A DNA stretch of 42,243 bases from a virus (Duplodnaviria > Caudoviricetes): IMG/VR virus record IMGVR_UViG_3300044259_000023, positions 1 through 42,243 of that record; one strand, given 5' to 3'. Position 1 is the stretch's first letter; the number at the start of each line of letters is the position of its first letter. A program made the position numbers and the translations under genes. Positions 33,295-42,243 of this stretch are shown one piece after another. The notes beneath the pieces are model-generated. The model searched no databases. It saw only the letters and a program-made list of their open reading frames with translations, and was not told the DNA's origin.

Positions 33295-34182
33295 TTATCG
33301 CACCTTAACAAACTGGCTGATTGCATTGGTGTTGACCATCATAAACCAAGCTCCGCCAGGGGTCTCGCAATCAAGCTCAACAGCGACGCTGCGCACATAC
33401 CACTCGCCAGCGCACGGGGTTACACTGGTCTCGAGCTTGATCTTGCGACCACGATATATGCCTGGGTCATACAGGCACATGAAATCAACACCTAGGTGCG
33501 TCGGAGTGGGCCAGCCAATCAGACCACGTTCGCCATTCATGACCACGGCATCCTGATTTCTCGGCGTTCCGGCTGGCGCAATGGCGATCACCCCCTCCGC
33601 TTCCTCGACCCACATCTGACACCTTGCCATGTCACACAGCGCACGCATTTGGTTGAGGTATGAACCGCTCAAATAGACATCGGACACCGTGGCGGTCACA
33701 CCGTTATTTTCCAGCGTGAGGCCAATCTTTTTGCACAATTCTGACGCAATGGCGCTGACGCTTTGCGCCCCCGGCCATGACGTTGGGGGGCTTGCGTCGG
33801 TGGCAGATTGCAGCGACTGGTAGGCCTCAACGATAAACGACACATCCGGCGCGCCAGCGTAGTCAGTATAGGCCGATCCAATGGTGCCAAGGAAAAGTGT
33901 ATTGTACTCGCCGTCCGGCCCTGTTGCCTCGACGAGAACCTCGTTGCGCTGCAACTCCGTGTTGACGTAATTAATGATCGTCAGTCGATTCATTACGTCT
34001 TGCGCCAGACCCTTAATGGAGATCCTGGCAGTGGCGAACTGCGCCCCGCCAGGAGCCTTGATCTGCACCGACGATCGGAACCCGTCATAAACCACGGTAT
34101 CCGGCTCGCCTGGGCCAGAGAATGACCCAGTGCGCATTTTGAAGGTAAATCTTAGGCTGCGTCGTTGAAAAGAAGTAGCCAT
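33295..34182 (-). CDS. Baseplate hub protein
   Basis: Position in tail module; LFLGTI, ENNGV, GLIGWP motifs. Confidence 0.75.
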   Translation of the reverse strand: MATSFQRRSLRFTFKMRTGSFSGPGEPDTVVYDGFRSSVQIKAPGGAQFATARISIKGLAQDVMNRLTIINYVNTELQRNEVLVEATGPDGEYNTLFLGTIGSAYTDYAGAPDVSFIVEAYQSLQSATDASPPTSWPGAQSVSAIASELCKKIGLTLENNGVTATVSDVYLSGSYLNQMRALCDMARCQMWVEEAEGVIAIAPAGTPRNQDAVVMNGERGLIGWPTPTHLGVDFMCLYDPGIYRGRKIKLETSVTPCAGEWYVRSVAVELDCETPGGAWFMMVNTNAISQFVKVR

Positions 34183-34451
34183 CGGCTCCCCCACCCTGTG
34201 TATTCTGGCGCGTCGTCGCCCTGCGTGTCATAAACCGCAATGTCACCGACAAAGCCGGTGTAAGCGGCGCGGATGATCGCCGACCGATTAACCATTAGGA
34301 CTGTTTCGCAAAGCACAGTGCCAGCCCACGAAACGCTGATGTATTGGCGTCCGCCGAGCTGGCGCAAGTACAGCGTCACGGGCTGATCAGCTAGTGTTAC
34401 CTGCACCGTCTGAGCCGGCACAGCGCGGATGGGGATGATGTTTATTGCCAT
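34152..34451 (-). CDS. Small baseplate (plug-like) protein
   Basis: IPIRAVPAQ...L...DTQG...P.YTGWGSRW.L. Confidence 0.7.
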   Translation of the reverse strand: MAINIIPIRAVPAQTVQVTLADQPVTLYLRQLGGRQYISVSWAGTVLCETVLMVNRSAIIRAAYTGFVGDIAVYDTQGDDAPEYTGWGSRWLLLFNDAA

Positions 34452-35044
34452 TGCACATCCTTAATGGGCTCAACGGCCTCACCAAGTTGCACCCGCGCAG
34501 TCGGCGTGGGCGGCACGTTGTTGGCGTCTGAGATCTTGCTGTTGCTGTAGAGCGCCGATGTCTCGCGCATCTCTTGAATCATGAGATCGGCCACGATCAT
34601 GCCAGCCCCGCTGGCTGAGCTGCGCAGCATGCGATACTCGACAAGCGTGTAGCCGTTGTATCGCTTCTCGGGCATCACAACGTCAAAAACGGTGGTTGCC
34701 TCGACGCTGGTCGCCAGCCACTCATTGATATAGGCTCGGGTTGCTGCGTTGCCCTCCTTCGAAATGCGGATCATGAAGGCGTTAGGGTTGCGCACCTTGT
34801 TGTAGCTGACAAAGCTGCCGGCCTCGATCTTGTACGTGGATGCCTCGGCCGATCCGTTAAGGCCCAACTCAACAACAGAATCCACTTCAACCTTGGAGGT
34901 TTCGCTGCCGGACTCGTAGATGCCCCACCTCTCGCCGGGAAATAGGGCCGACCACAACGACCCGATGGCGGCACTGATTACGCTGGTGATCGGAGCCGGA
35001 ATCTTGCCACTTTTAAGGATTGGAAAGCCTGGTATGCCTGCCAT
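34442..35044 (-). CDS. Tail tube initiator/Dit-like baseplate protein
   Basis: Follows tape measure; Y.IE.GSF.SYNKV..P motif. Confidence 0.7.
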   Translation of the reverse strand: MAGIPGFPILKSGKIPAPITSVISAAIGSLWSALFPGERWGIYESGSETSKVEVDSVVELGLNGSAEASTYKIEAGSFVSYNKVRNPNAFMIRISKEGNAATRAYINEWLATSVEATTVFDVVMPEKRYNGYTLVEYRMLRSSASGAGMIVADLMIQEMRETSALYSNSKISDANNVPPTPTARVQLGEAVEPIKDVQWQ

Positions 35045-35095
35045 GCGTAAGCCTCGGTTTTGCTATGGGGTAATTATTGCACAAAGCAGGTTGCA

Positions 35096-36763
35096 TTACC
35101 GCACCCCCCTATCCGTCTGGCGCACCAGCTCACCCTTGATCGTGCTGGCGATGCCCTTGGCGTCGGTGGCTGCCGTCTGTACGGTGATTTGCCCGACACT
35201 GATCGTCGTGTTGCCGCCACCACCGGCCGCGCCGCTGACCCCTGTCATGGGGCCTTGCTGTCCGGCGTATCCAACCCCCAATCCGCTAGCCAATTGCTGC
35301 CCCGACAATCTCCACCCAGACTCTTTGCGCGCCATAGCGGAGATAAGCGCCCCGGCCTGCATCGGGTTGTTCATGTCGATTTGCTGATTGGGATCCATTC
35401 CGGTCATTTTTGCAATATCTGCAATATACTTAGCTGTGTCATTTTCACCTGGCGGCGCCCAGGTTGACACTATCTTGCTGATTGTATTGAGACCGCGACC
35501 TTGATAAAGCTTTAACTGCGCTTGCATGGCTGCGATGCCGGCTTCCGGTGTTGCAAATTTTGCAAAACCGCCTTCACCCATCACGGCGCCTTTCTGGCCA
35601 ACGAAACGAATATTCCCTGGGTTGTTGTTGCGTCGAGCCAGCGTGTTACCGCCACCAACGCCACTGCCGGCAGTTGTCGGGCCGCCAGCGTTAGCCCCTT
35701 GCAGTTTCTTGAGCTCTTCATCCTCACCCTTGTTCAGGCCCTCAGAGTAGAGCAAGAACCCTAGCGGGGCAGCCAGTGCCGCCGCCGACGAGGCGAGCCC
35801 AGCCATCAGCGTGGACAGACTGGTGATGCCACCAATAATTGCGGAGCCGCCAAGTAGCCGCATGGTTGCCAGCGCCAAGATTAACGAAGTGCTCCACCCA
35901 TCCGTTTTTTCATCGAGCTGAGCGAAAATCTCCACCGCCTTGGTCATCGGCGGGATCATGACTTCGGCCATCTTCACGAACGAATTAGTGAGGCGTTCGA
36001 GCGACGGCAGAACTTTGATCGCCAGCTCTCGGGTTAGTTTTTCAAGGCGCTGCTGGGCCTTAATCCACGTTTGCTCGGCGCGGAAAGCTGCATCGGCATC
36101 TTTCTGGCTAAATCCCTGCTGGGCCGCCAAGGTTGAGCGCAACTCCTTGCCGCCCTTGGCGATCAAGTTGACGGTACCCTCGTCAAACCCCATCTGCTTA
36201 AGATAGGCGTATCTGGAGCCTCGGTCTGGATATGCTTTCTCGGCGGCATCAGCGATATCGCCAAGGATATTCGTCAGCGGCTTGGCCTTGCCTGCTGCAT
36301 CAACAACGCTAACGCCGAGCTGGCGCAGGAAAGGCACGATGGCGCTATCACCAGTCATTTGCAGCTCAGTGATCTGGCCGTTCAGACTTTGCAGCGTGCC
36401 AAGAAAGCCTTCCATAGTGCCGCCGTTGAGCTCGCTGGCCTTGCCCCAGCGGTGCATTGTGTCGGCGGATAGGTTGAGGTTTTTGGATAGGCGGGAGAGA
36501 TTGGCGCCGGTTGTCACTACGTCGCGGGTGAAGTTAACCAGGCCCTTGCCAGCTGTGATTACGGCGAAAAATTTCAAGGCGGAACGCTGCATCTGCCCGA
36601 AAAATTCGGCGGCATCTTTGCCGGAAGCCGAGATCTGCTTGCCAACCCGGTCAGTGTTCTTGCGAGTGTCGGACAGGCTCTTCTCTGTGTCTTTTACGCC
36701 CTGCTGGAAGTCTTTGTTATCCAGCCCGAGCGTGACAATTAAGCTGTCGATTACAGTTGCCAT
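35096..36763 (-). CDS. Tape measure protein with C-terminal lysozyme-like domain
   Basis: MATVIDSLIVTLGLD start; RNNNPGNIR...FATPEAGI...WAPPGENDT.KY. Confidence 0.88.
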   Translation of the reverse strand: MATVIDSLIVTLGLDNKDFQQGVKDTEKSLSDTRKNTDRVGKQISASGKDAAEFFGQMQRSALKFFAVITAGKGLVNFTRDVVTTGANLSRLSKNLNLSADTMHRWGKASELNGGTMEGFLGTLQSLNGQITELQMTGDSAIVPFLRQLGVSVVDAAGKAKPLTNILGDIADAAEKAYPDRGSRYAYLKQMGFDEGTVNLIAKGGKELRSTLAAQQGFSQKDADAAFRAEQTWIKAQQRLEKLTRELAIKVLPSLERLTNSFVKMAEVMIPPMTKAVEIFAQLDEKTDGWSTSLILALATMRLLGGSAIIGGITSLSTLMAGLASSAAALAAPLGFLLYSEGLNKGEDEELKKLQGANAGGPTTAGSGVGGGNTLARRNNNPGNIRFVGQKGAVMGEGGFAKFATPEAGIAAMQAQLKLYQGRGLNTISKIVSTWAPPGENDTAKYIADIAKMTGMDPNQQIDMNNPMQAGALISAMARKESGWRLSGQQLASGLGVGYAGQQGPMTGVSGAAGGGGNTTISVGQITVQTAATDAKGIASTIKGELVRQTDRGVR

Positions 36764-36772
36764 GCGGCCCCC

Positions 36773-37018
36773 TTATGCCCCTGACGCGGCGGCGCGCATC
36801 CGGGCGGCGTTGATTTGGTCAATTTGGTGGATCTCAAGCATCCGATACGCATCATAAGGGCCGTAGATCGTTTGCAGTTCATGGAGCGTTGCGAGCCGTG
36901 CCGAAACGAGGGTGGCGATGATGCCGGGGGTGTTTACATAGGGCGCCACCTCGACGCCGCGCCCCCCGGCCTGCTCTGCGACTGTTAGATCTGCTCGTCG
37001 CCACCAAAAGAAAAACCC
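36773..37018 (-). CDS. Tail assembly chaperone, frameshifted extension (gpT-like)
   Basis: -1 frame from G-GGT-TTT reads ...YVNTPGIIATLVSARLATLHELQTIYGPYDAYRMLEI... to TAA just before the tape measure gene. Confidence 0.75.
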   Translation of the reverse strand, partial: GFFFWWRRADLTVAEQAGGRGVEVAPYVNTPGIIATLVSARLATLHELQTIYGPYDAYRMLEIHQIDQINAARMRAAASGA

Positions 37019-37371
37019 AGGTGCAGACCCATAACGGCCTTGCGCAGCGTGATGCGCGTGGTGACATCCTCAATGTCGCCAGCCATCAGCGGCCTGGTGC
37101 CGCCAGCCGGAATCATCATGGACACGCAGCCCATCATCTCATCCAGCAAGGGCTTGGCCTGATCCGGGTGAACCTTTGCCAGCGCCTTGATACCCTGTGC
37201 CGCCATGTCAGCTAGCGGAGATTGGAAATTAAGCTCAGCCTCTGCGCCGGCAATAGCCTGCAACGCCCGAAATGCCCACCACTCCGCTGATTCAGCATCC
37301 ATCTCCGTGATCAGATACTTCTTGCCAGCGTCACGCCCATCTTTGATCTCAACCGTCTCTGTGCGTCTCAT
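36985..37371 (-). CDS. Tail assembly chaperone (gpG-like)
   Basis: GRDAGKKYLITEM.A..AE.WA.RA...DIEDV.T; lies between tube and tape measure. Confidence 0.85.
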   Translation of the reverse strand: MRRTETVEIKDGRDAGKKYLITEMDAESAEWWAFRALQAIAGAEAELNFQSPLADMAAQGIKALAKVHPDQAKPLLDEMMGCVSMMIPAGGTRPLMAGDIEDVTTRITLRKAVMGLHLGFSFGGDEQI

Positions 37372-37424
37372 GTCATCGTCTCATCGTCAGGAAAAATTAA
37401 GGCGACCATCTGGCCGCCTTGGGA

Positions 37425-37865
37425 TTATACCAGAGGGGTCGGCAAGACGCTTTCCCATGTGATTGTGAACGTTCTCGGCTGCAACACGCGCTGAGCGTTC
37501 GGGATCGACGTATAGCGGTTCAGCACGCCACGCGATAGAGTGTAAGACCGCTGAGTGCCTGGCAGGGTGATAACACCACCCAGTCGATAAACGGTCTTGT
37601 TAGCATCCTGGGCCAGCACGATGCCGTCGAAAACATCGATGCTGGCCGAATCCGCTTGCAGGGTAATTGTCTGGGTATACATGCGAGGCACCCAGCCGGC
37701 AGACATAACGCCGTCTACGCCAAGCATAACCTCGGCGGTGTCGGCTTCGTCCGTGGCAAATGCCGCATCAGCGGCATAGCCTTGGATCTGGATGGCCGCC
37801 AGCGCGAAGTCGGCAGAGCTAAGGATAAAAACGCTATCCGCGCTTGTAATGGTACGGGAAGCCAT
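37425..37865 (-). CDS. Tail tube protein
   Basis: RTITSADS...IQGYAAD...MLGVDG.MSAGW...ITLQADS.S; follows sheath. Confidence 0.85.
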   Translation of the reverse strand: MASRTITSADSVFILSSADFALAAIQIQGYAADAAFATDEADTAEVMLGVDGVMSAGWVPRMYTQTITLQADSASIDVFDGIVLAQDANKTVYRLGGVITLPGTQRSYTLSRGVLNRYTSIPNAQRVLQPRTFTITWESVLPTPLV

Positions 37866-37877
37866 GGTCGTCTCTCC

Positions 37878-39356
37878 TTACAGTACGGCGATAGACGCCA
37901 GGGTGATTTGCTGGATAGATCCGCCGTCGGTGTACCACAATTTTACCGGCGGGCTCTGGCGCTGACCTCGAACCTGGGCAGTTGCCGGCAGGATTTGCAG
38001 GTAGTACCCCTTGCTTTGCAGGTCGGAGCTGATGTCGATCCCGGCTTGCTGTGCGATGGTTGCCTTCTGGGAGTTGCTCAGCGAGACTCCGGTGCGGATC
38101 GTGCCGTTGTTCAGCGCCTCGTCAATCGGGTCTTGGCACCAAGCGCGGATCAGGCTTTCGCCGAGCGCATTGTAAGGTGCTGAGTTGACGGCAAGCAGCC
38201 CCTCGAACATAGCCAAGCGCAGCTGAGCATTCATGTAAAGTTGCGCCATGAACGAGTCGGCCCACAGGAAGTCGGAGCCCTTCATCTGGCCGTTGTACAT
38301 GATGCTGTACTCGTTGCCCTCACCGCGATCCACATAGGCTCCGTAATAGCTGGCGTTGTTGGTCAGTACGGCGGCGGCATCGGCGTAGCTGTCAACGAAG
38401 GTATCCAGACCGTCAAACTGACGGAAGGCCAGGGTGCTTCTGCCGTTAACGCTCTGCCAGTCGATAGAGCCGGCCCAGCCGCAAGCGGCGGCGGCATGGT
38501 TTGCCTCGCCGTAGATCACCAAGGTTCCCTCGTAACCAAGGGACTCTACAATAGAGCCAAAGGCGGCAGCGTTGTTGGTGGTCTTGTAACCGGCGTCGTT
38601 ATCCCATGCCACATAGGCATAACCTTTGTTTTGCCCGTTAGCCCACACAGCAAAGCCGGTGTGCTCGTCTGCGCTAGCCTCAAAAACGGTAGTGAAGGTA
38701 GCCCAGTTATAGGACTGAGTGGCGATGCGCGCCATGGCAACAGCCGGGGTGTCGGCGGCCACACCCTGCGACAGGATGCCAGCAGACAAGCCGAGCGGCT
38801 CGGCGGCGGTGCCGGTGGCAAGGGTGATTGTCGACGCCGCCCCAGTTGTGCCGGAAGTTACCACGAACTTGGATTGCGCGGCGTCCCACGTCACAGCAGC
38901 AGAACCGGTGAGGGCCAGCCCAGTGGTCAGCTTAGCGGCAGCATCGGTAAAGCTGGTTGCCGTAGTCAGGCTGACAGAGGCGTAGGTAAAGGCGGTCCCG
39001 TCGATGGTGATAGACAGCGACCCGGTTACGGCCTTGAGCTGCGCCAGAGTGAGGGACAGCTTTTGCCCACGCAGCCAGGCCGCGCGATTTGCAGCAGCAT
39101 AGCCACCGAAAAACAGCGTGCCTGGCTTTTTCAGGCTGTTACTAGGGCCGTTGAAGTAAAAGCCGGCCATGGCGTATTCGTCGGAGTTAAATCCGTAGTA
39201 GTCGCCAACGCTGGTGAGATTCGGGAAGCTCAGCAAAATGGATACCGGAGTGGTAAGCCCCTGATCCAAAAAAACCGCATTGAGAGAAAGCGGGTTGCCG
39301 CCTGTTCCCACCACTGCGGGGTTAACCGTCACGATCTGACTGACTGGGATAGGCAT
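37878..39356 (-). CDS. Tail sheath protein (DUF3383-type)
   Basis: IPVSQIV.VNP.V...PYN..G..LIRA...DPI..ALNNG.I..GV...R.SPP..LWYTDGGSIQ. Confidence 0.9.
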   Translation of the reverse strand: MPIPVSQIVTVNPAVVGTGGNPLSLNAVFLDQGLTTPVSILLSFPNLTSVGDYYGFNSDEYAMAGFYFNGPSNSLKKPGTLFFGGYAAANRAAWLRGQKLSLTLAQLKAVTGSLSITIDGTAFTYASVSLTTATSFTDAAAKLTTGLALTGSAAVTWDAAQSKFVVTSGTTGAASTITLATGTAAEPLGLSAGILSQGVAADTPAVAMARIATQSYNWATFTTVFEASADEHTGFAVWANGQNKGYAYVAWDNDAGYKTTNNAAAFGSIVESLGYEGTLVIYGEANHAAAACGWAGSIDWQSVNGRSTLAFRQFDGLDTFVDSYADAAAVLTNNASYYGAYVDRGEGNEYSIMYNGQMKGSDFLWADSFMAQLYMNAQLRLAMFEGLLAVNSAPYNALGESLIRAWCQDPIDEALNNGTIRTGVSLSNSQKATIAQQAGIDISSDLQSKGYYLQILPATAQVRGQRQSPPVKLWYTDGGSIQQITLASIAVL

Positions 39357-39393
39357 TGCCCGTCTCCTTTTGCAGGGTTTATGAATCCTGGCG

Positions 39394-39912
39394 CTATGCC
39401 GGGTTGCTCAAGTCGGCCGCATCCATTGACGTTTCGCCAAGGTTATCAAACTGCTCGGCGGCCACATTGATAATGGGATTGTACTGCATAGAGGCCGTTA
39501 CCGTCCAACGGGCCTCGTATTGCTGCTCACCAGTAACCAACGGAGACTGGATGCCATCAGAGCAGTAAAGGGGCCGGATGTTGGCTGGGAAATTATCTGC
39601 CCCGTACATGCTGCGAAACAGGGTCTTTGTCGTGCTGCACATCTCGCCAGCTTGACCGTCATAAAAGTCTATCTGCACGTTGATCTGAATCGAGCGCTGA
39701 TAGTTTGCCATGTCTCCGGCTAGCCAGTCATTGTGCGTCGTGGAGAGATCGATTTGTCCAACTTCAGTCAGCACAATGCACGGCGGCTCTGGCATGGCAA
39801 CCCGGTTTGCCTGTGCGCGCACGATTTGAGTGCCAGCAGGCATGATGGGTTGCAAAAAGTCAGCTAGCGCGTTAATCACTTCGTCAACGGTGATGTTTGG
39901 CAATGCGCTCAT
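39394..39912 (-). CDS. Neck/tail terminator protein
   Basis: QANRV.MP, QIDFY, PLYC, QQYE.RW...QYNP; upstream of sheath. Confidence 0.7.
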   Translation of the reverse strand: MSALPNITVDEVINALADFLQPIMPAGTQIVRAQANRVAMPEPPCIVLTEVGQIDLSTTHNDWLAGDMANYQRSIQINVQIDFYDGQAGEMCSTTKTLFRSMYGADNFPANIRPLYCSDGIQSPLVTGEQQYEARWTVTASMQYNPIINVAAEQFDNLGETSMDAADLSNPA

Positions 39913-40283
39913 GCTGCTGGCCCTTGATAGTTGATTACGACCTTGCACCAATCAGGCCACGTCTCCAGCACCTTTACGACAAGCCATAACTGGCCGCTGA
40001 AAGCCAGGATATCACCGCCCTTCTGGTCTGGGCGCACAACACCGACGACATCACCGTAAAGATAGGCGGCGCGCACTGTTCCCTGAATGTTGAGACCTTG
40101 GAGCTGATTAATATCATCGCTAGATAGCGCCTGAACGTTGGCTGACCCTGGTGTTTCAGTGTAGGCCGGCACCTGCTTTCGAGTTGCAGGGTCAATTGTG
40201 TAGCCGGCGGATTTTTTCAGGATCACTGGGGTGTTCGGGTTTATCGCCTGCGTGGCGGCGTTTGCGATTGCGCGAAGGTTCAT
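39909..40283 (-). CDS. Head-closure/neck protein
   Basis: MNLR.IAN......NP...QAL...LNIQG...W.VVKVLETWPDW. Confidence 0.7.
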   Translation of the reverse strand: MNLRAIANAATQAINPNTPVILKKSAGYTIDPATRKQVPAYTETPGSANVQALSSDDINQLQGLNIQGTVRAAYLYGDVVGVVRPDQKGGDILAFSGQLWLVVKVLETWPDWCKVVINYQGPAA

Positions 40284-40729
40284 TCGTCACCTTCCATGCG
40301 GACGTTGTAAGTGGTCGAGCGCAACATATCGCCATTATCGATGAGTGGATCATTAAAACCCTTTCGGTCAACTGTGCTTTGCGCATTCGGCGGATCTTGC
40401 CAGTTGACGATGGATGTTTTCAGGTCATCGTTAATCTTTTCGCCGATCAGGCTAAGCGCTTTGCGGGTGTTGTAGCCAGTGTGCACGGCGGCTTTGCCGA
40501 GCAGCTCAGGCCACCCCTTTGACTCTCTGTCGATCATTGTGCGAAAAAAAGGGCGCGCAGGGGCTCGGTTTGTGCCGAACTCATTCCAGAATGCAACTTG
40601 TGCCACCGGTGTGCCGTCGGGATAGGTGGCGCCAGCCATAAAGCCGACATCAAGCGACCCCGGCTCCATCCCCTTGGCTATCTCTGCCAGCTTGCGCGCC
40701 AGCTTGTCACCGCCGCTTATGGTTGCCAT
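40280..40729 (-). CDS. Tail completion/neck protein
   Basis: VGF..GATYPDG.PVAQVAFWNEFGT...PARPFFR...KGF..PLID.G.M. Confidence 0.75.
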   Translation of the reverse strand: MATISGGDKLARKLAEIAKGMEPGSLDVGFMAGATYPDGTPVAQVAFWNEFGTNRAPARPFFRTMIDRESKGWPELLGKAAVHTGYNTRKALSLIGEKINDDLKTSIVNWQDPPNAQSTVDRKGFNDPLIDNGDMLRSTTYNVRMEGDE

Positions 40730-41124
40730 CAATACCTCGTCGGTCGCGCCACATAACGGAATGAGCGCAGGTAGGCGGTCGCCTGCCAGAACTGCGCTCC
40801 GTAACCGGTTTGGGTGAACCACGCCGACCCCATGCCGGCGTGATACTCCAGTGACACACTGACGCTACCCTCTGACGCGCTAGCGGTGCGCCCGACAGGG
40901 CCAGGAATACCGCCAGGATTCAGCGCCCCGGCCAGTTGGGCGATGTGGGCCACCAGCAGCCAAAAAAGTTGCAGCCGTTTAGCTTCATCCTGTATCGGGC
41001 AATCCTCATTGGCGAGAAACATCTGTGCTCGCACAAAATAAGCATTCAGCGCCGCATCAGTCACGGCACTGAACTCCGGATATGCCGCTTTGAAGTCAGC
41101 AGGAACGAAGATGACGGCTGCCAT
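40729..41124 (-). CDS. Head-tail adaptor (DUF4054-type)
   Basis: FKAAYPEF...LLVAHI...VGR..SASEGSVSVS...WFTQT.YG..FW. Confidence 0.85.
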   Translation of the reverse strand: MAAVIFVPADFKAAYPEFSAVTDAALNAYFVRAQMFLANEDCPIQDEAKRLQLFWLLVAHIAQLAGALNPGGIPGPVGRTASASEGSVSVSLEYHAGMGSAWFTQTGYGAQFWQATAYLRSFRYVARPTRY

Positions 41125-41126
41125 GT

Positions 41127-41471
41127 TTAATCCTCGACCTTGGTCACGCCGTTGCCGTCAGTGGCAACACCTTCAAGGCCGGTCTTTTCCTTCACGCGCT
41201 CTTTGGCTGCGGAGCGGGTCTTTGATTCGGTGGCTTCGGCGAAGATTGCGCCATTCACCACTGCGGGAAAATCGGCATGCTTTGCCAGCCACGCATCCCA
41301 AAAGCCCTTGTCGACTTCGGTATAACCGCAATGGGTTGGCTGGATAAACAGCGCGCCGTTCATATCGGCGTTTTGGCCTTTCAGTTCGACCTGGGTTTCA
41401 TTGCCATTGCCATCATCCAGTCGCAGGATAATGCCGGTAGGCAGGCGGCAGCCCACAGTAACTTTGCTCAT
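41127..41471 (-). CDS. Virion-module hypothetical protein
   Basis: VTVGCRLPTG...GYT.VD..FWDAW...NGAIFA...KTGLE; downstream of capsid gene. Confidence 0.7.
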   Translation of the reverse strand: MSKVTVGCRLPTGIILRLDDGNGNETQVELKGQNADMNGALFIQPTHCGYTEVDKGFWDAWLAKHADFPAVVNGAIFAEATESKTRSAAKERVKEKTGLEGVATDGNGVTKVED

Positions 41472-41647
41472 TGTTTGGATCCTTTTTCGTCAATCATCAG
41501 CGCGTCAGCATCAAAAGTCCCGGTGAGCGGTCGCCCATCAACAAACCACGCACACTCAACAGAGCGCCCAGAGGTTCGCTCAACTGTCATGCTCGGGGAG
41601 CCGGAGCGCAAGCGGACAATCTCGCCGGGGGTGAATTGCTTCATCAT
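41468..41647 (-). CDS. YodC/DUF2158-like small protein (59 aa; not in track)
   Basis: GEIVRLRSGSPSMTV...VECAWF; ATGA-coupled to next gene. Confidence 0.7.
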   Translation of the reverse strand: MMKQFTPGEIVRLRSGSPSMTVERTSGRSVECAWFVDGRPLTGTFDADALMIDEKGSKQ

Positions 41648-41671
41648 TAATCTCGCAAATTAAGCCGCACA

Positions 41672-41695
41672 GAAAACAGGGGGCTTTCGCCCCCA
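41672..41695 (-). terminator. Intrinsic terminator after the major capsid gene
   Basis: GGGGGC-GAAA-GCCCCC-TGTTTTC. Confidence 0.8.
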
Positions 41696-41708
41696 TCTTA
41701 GCACAGCA

Positions 41709-42243
41709 TCAGACGCCAAGCATGCCTTGCACGGCGGCGGGGCGGTACAACACGGTACCCCAAGTGCCTTGCGACTTCTTCTGGCGGAATGCCGACATCT
41801 CAACAACAACCGGGTGGGCCCGCATCTTTTCAGTGAAGCAGCAATCCCAGGTGCGCTGGCCTTCGATCTCGTCAACAACCAGCTGAACCAGCTCACCAGA
41901 ACCGGTCTTGTATTCCGGGACGGTTTTCCAAGTCAGGTTCGGGAATGCCTGCTTGAGGTAGTCCTCAACGTTCAGGCCGTACTGGTTCACAAAGGTCTTG
42001 GCTACGGCAGCAGACGGCGAGGTGATCAGAGTCATCTTGCTGTCGGTGTCAACGTTACCGTTCAGGCGTACTTGCAGGTTCCAGAACATAGCCTGAATGT
42101 CTGCCAGCACTTCCTGTGCGGTTGCGTTGGGCACGCCGCCAGTCCCTACCCACTTGGTGCCGCCCGCAGCCTTGGTGCTGGGGGTCAAGTTGGCAGGCAA
42201 TGCCGGATCGTTGGTCATGCCGTAATTTTGCAGGCCGGCCACG
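41709..42243 (-). CDS. Major capsid protein, 3' part
   Basis: GLQNYGMTNDP.LP...FTEKMRAHPVV...QKKSQGTWGTVLYRP; continuation of 1-651. Confidence 0.9.
   Translation of the reverse strand, partial: VAGLQNYGMTNDPALPANLTPSTKAAGGTKWVGTGGVPNATAQEVLADIQAMFWNLQVRLNGNVDTDSKMTLITSPSAAVAKTFVNQYGLNVEDYLKQAFPNLTWKTVPEYKTGSGELVQLVVDEIEGQRTWDCCFTEKMRAHPVVVEMSAFRQKKSQGTWGTVLYRPAAVQGMLGV
42105..42243. repeat. Terminal direct repeat, right copy
   Basis: Matches 1-139 with one mismatch. Confidence 0.95.

Noticed and set aside
38241-39470. 409-aa + strand ORF, and similar long antisense ORFs (124-690, 1301-1918, 13395-14195, 16789-17487)
   Set aside because: Shadow frames opposite well-supported genes; no RBS or recognisable motifs
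1-42243. CRISPR array, solitary CRISPR repeat, IS element or alternative genetic code
   Set aside because: No repeat-spacer periodicity or transposase seen by eye; standard-code ORFs tile the genome densely, including genes ending in TAG and TGA

Overview
The window is an apparently complete, circularly permuted ~42.1-kb tailed-phage genome. Positions 1-139 repeat at 42105-42243 with one synonymous mismatch, and the join falls inside the major capsid gene. The virion genes (PBSX-type terminase, DUF1073 portal, DUF2213 protease, DUF2184 capsid, DUF3383 sheath, baseplate J, short 555-aa tape measure) indicate a small contractile-tailed myovirus. A gammaproteobacterial host is likely; Aeromonas is only a guess. 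The early/middle region is lambdoid-like: RecT plus lambda-type exonuclease, SSB, NinB, NinG, a NinI-type phosphatase, replication initiator and partner, Rha/KilAC and KilA-N proteins, and m5C and m6A methyltransferases. I saw no integrase, CI-type repressor, par genes or protelomerase. The most unusual content is non-coding. It comprises a promoter-defined 115-nt tRNA-shaped RNA with a loop-loop pseudoknot upstream of terS, two promoter/terminator-bounded ~60-75 nt RNAs whose anti-Shine-Dalgarno seeds match RBSs of this phage's own early genes, and a structured kissing-loop leader that can sequester the kilA-N RBS. Translational oddities include a nested alternative-frame gene inside the m5C methyltransferase, an AUC-initiated replication initiator, a -1 frameshift in the tail chaperone and an embedded o-spanin. 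All family assignments come from recognising motifs by eye; no database searches were run.
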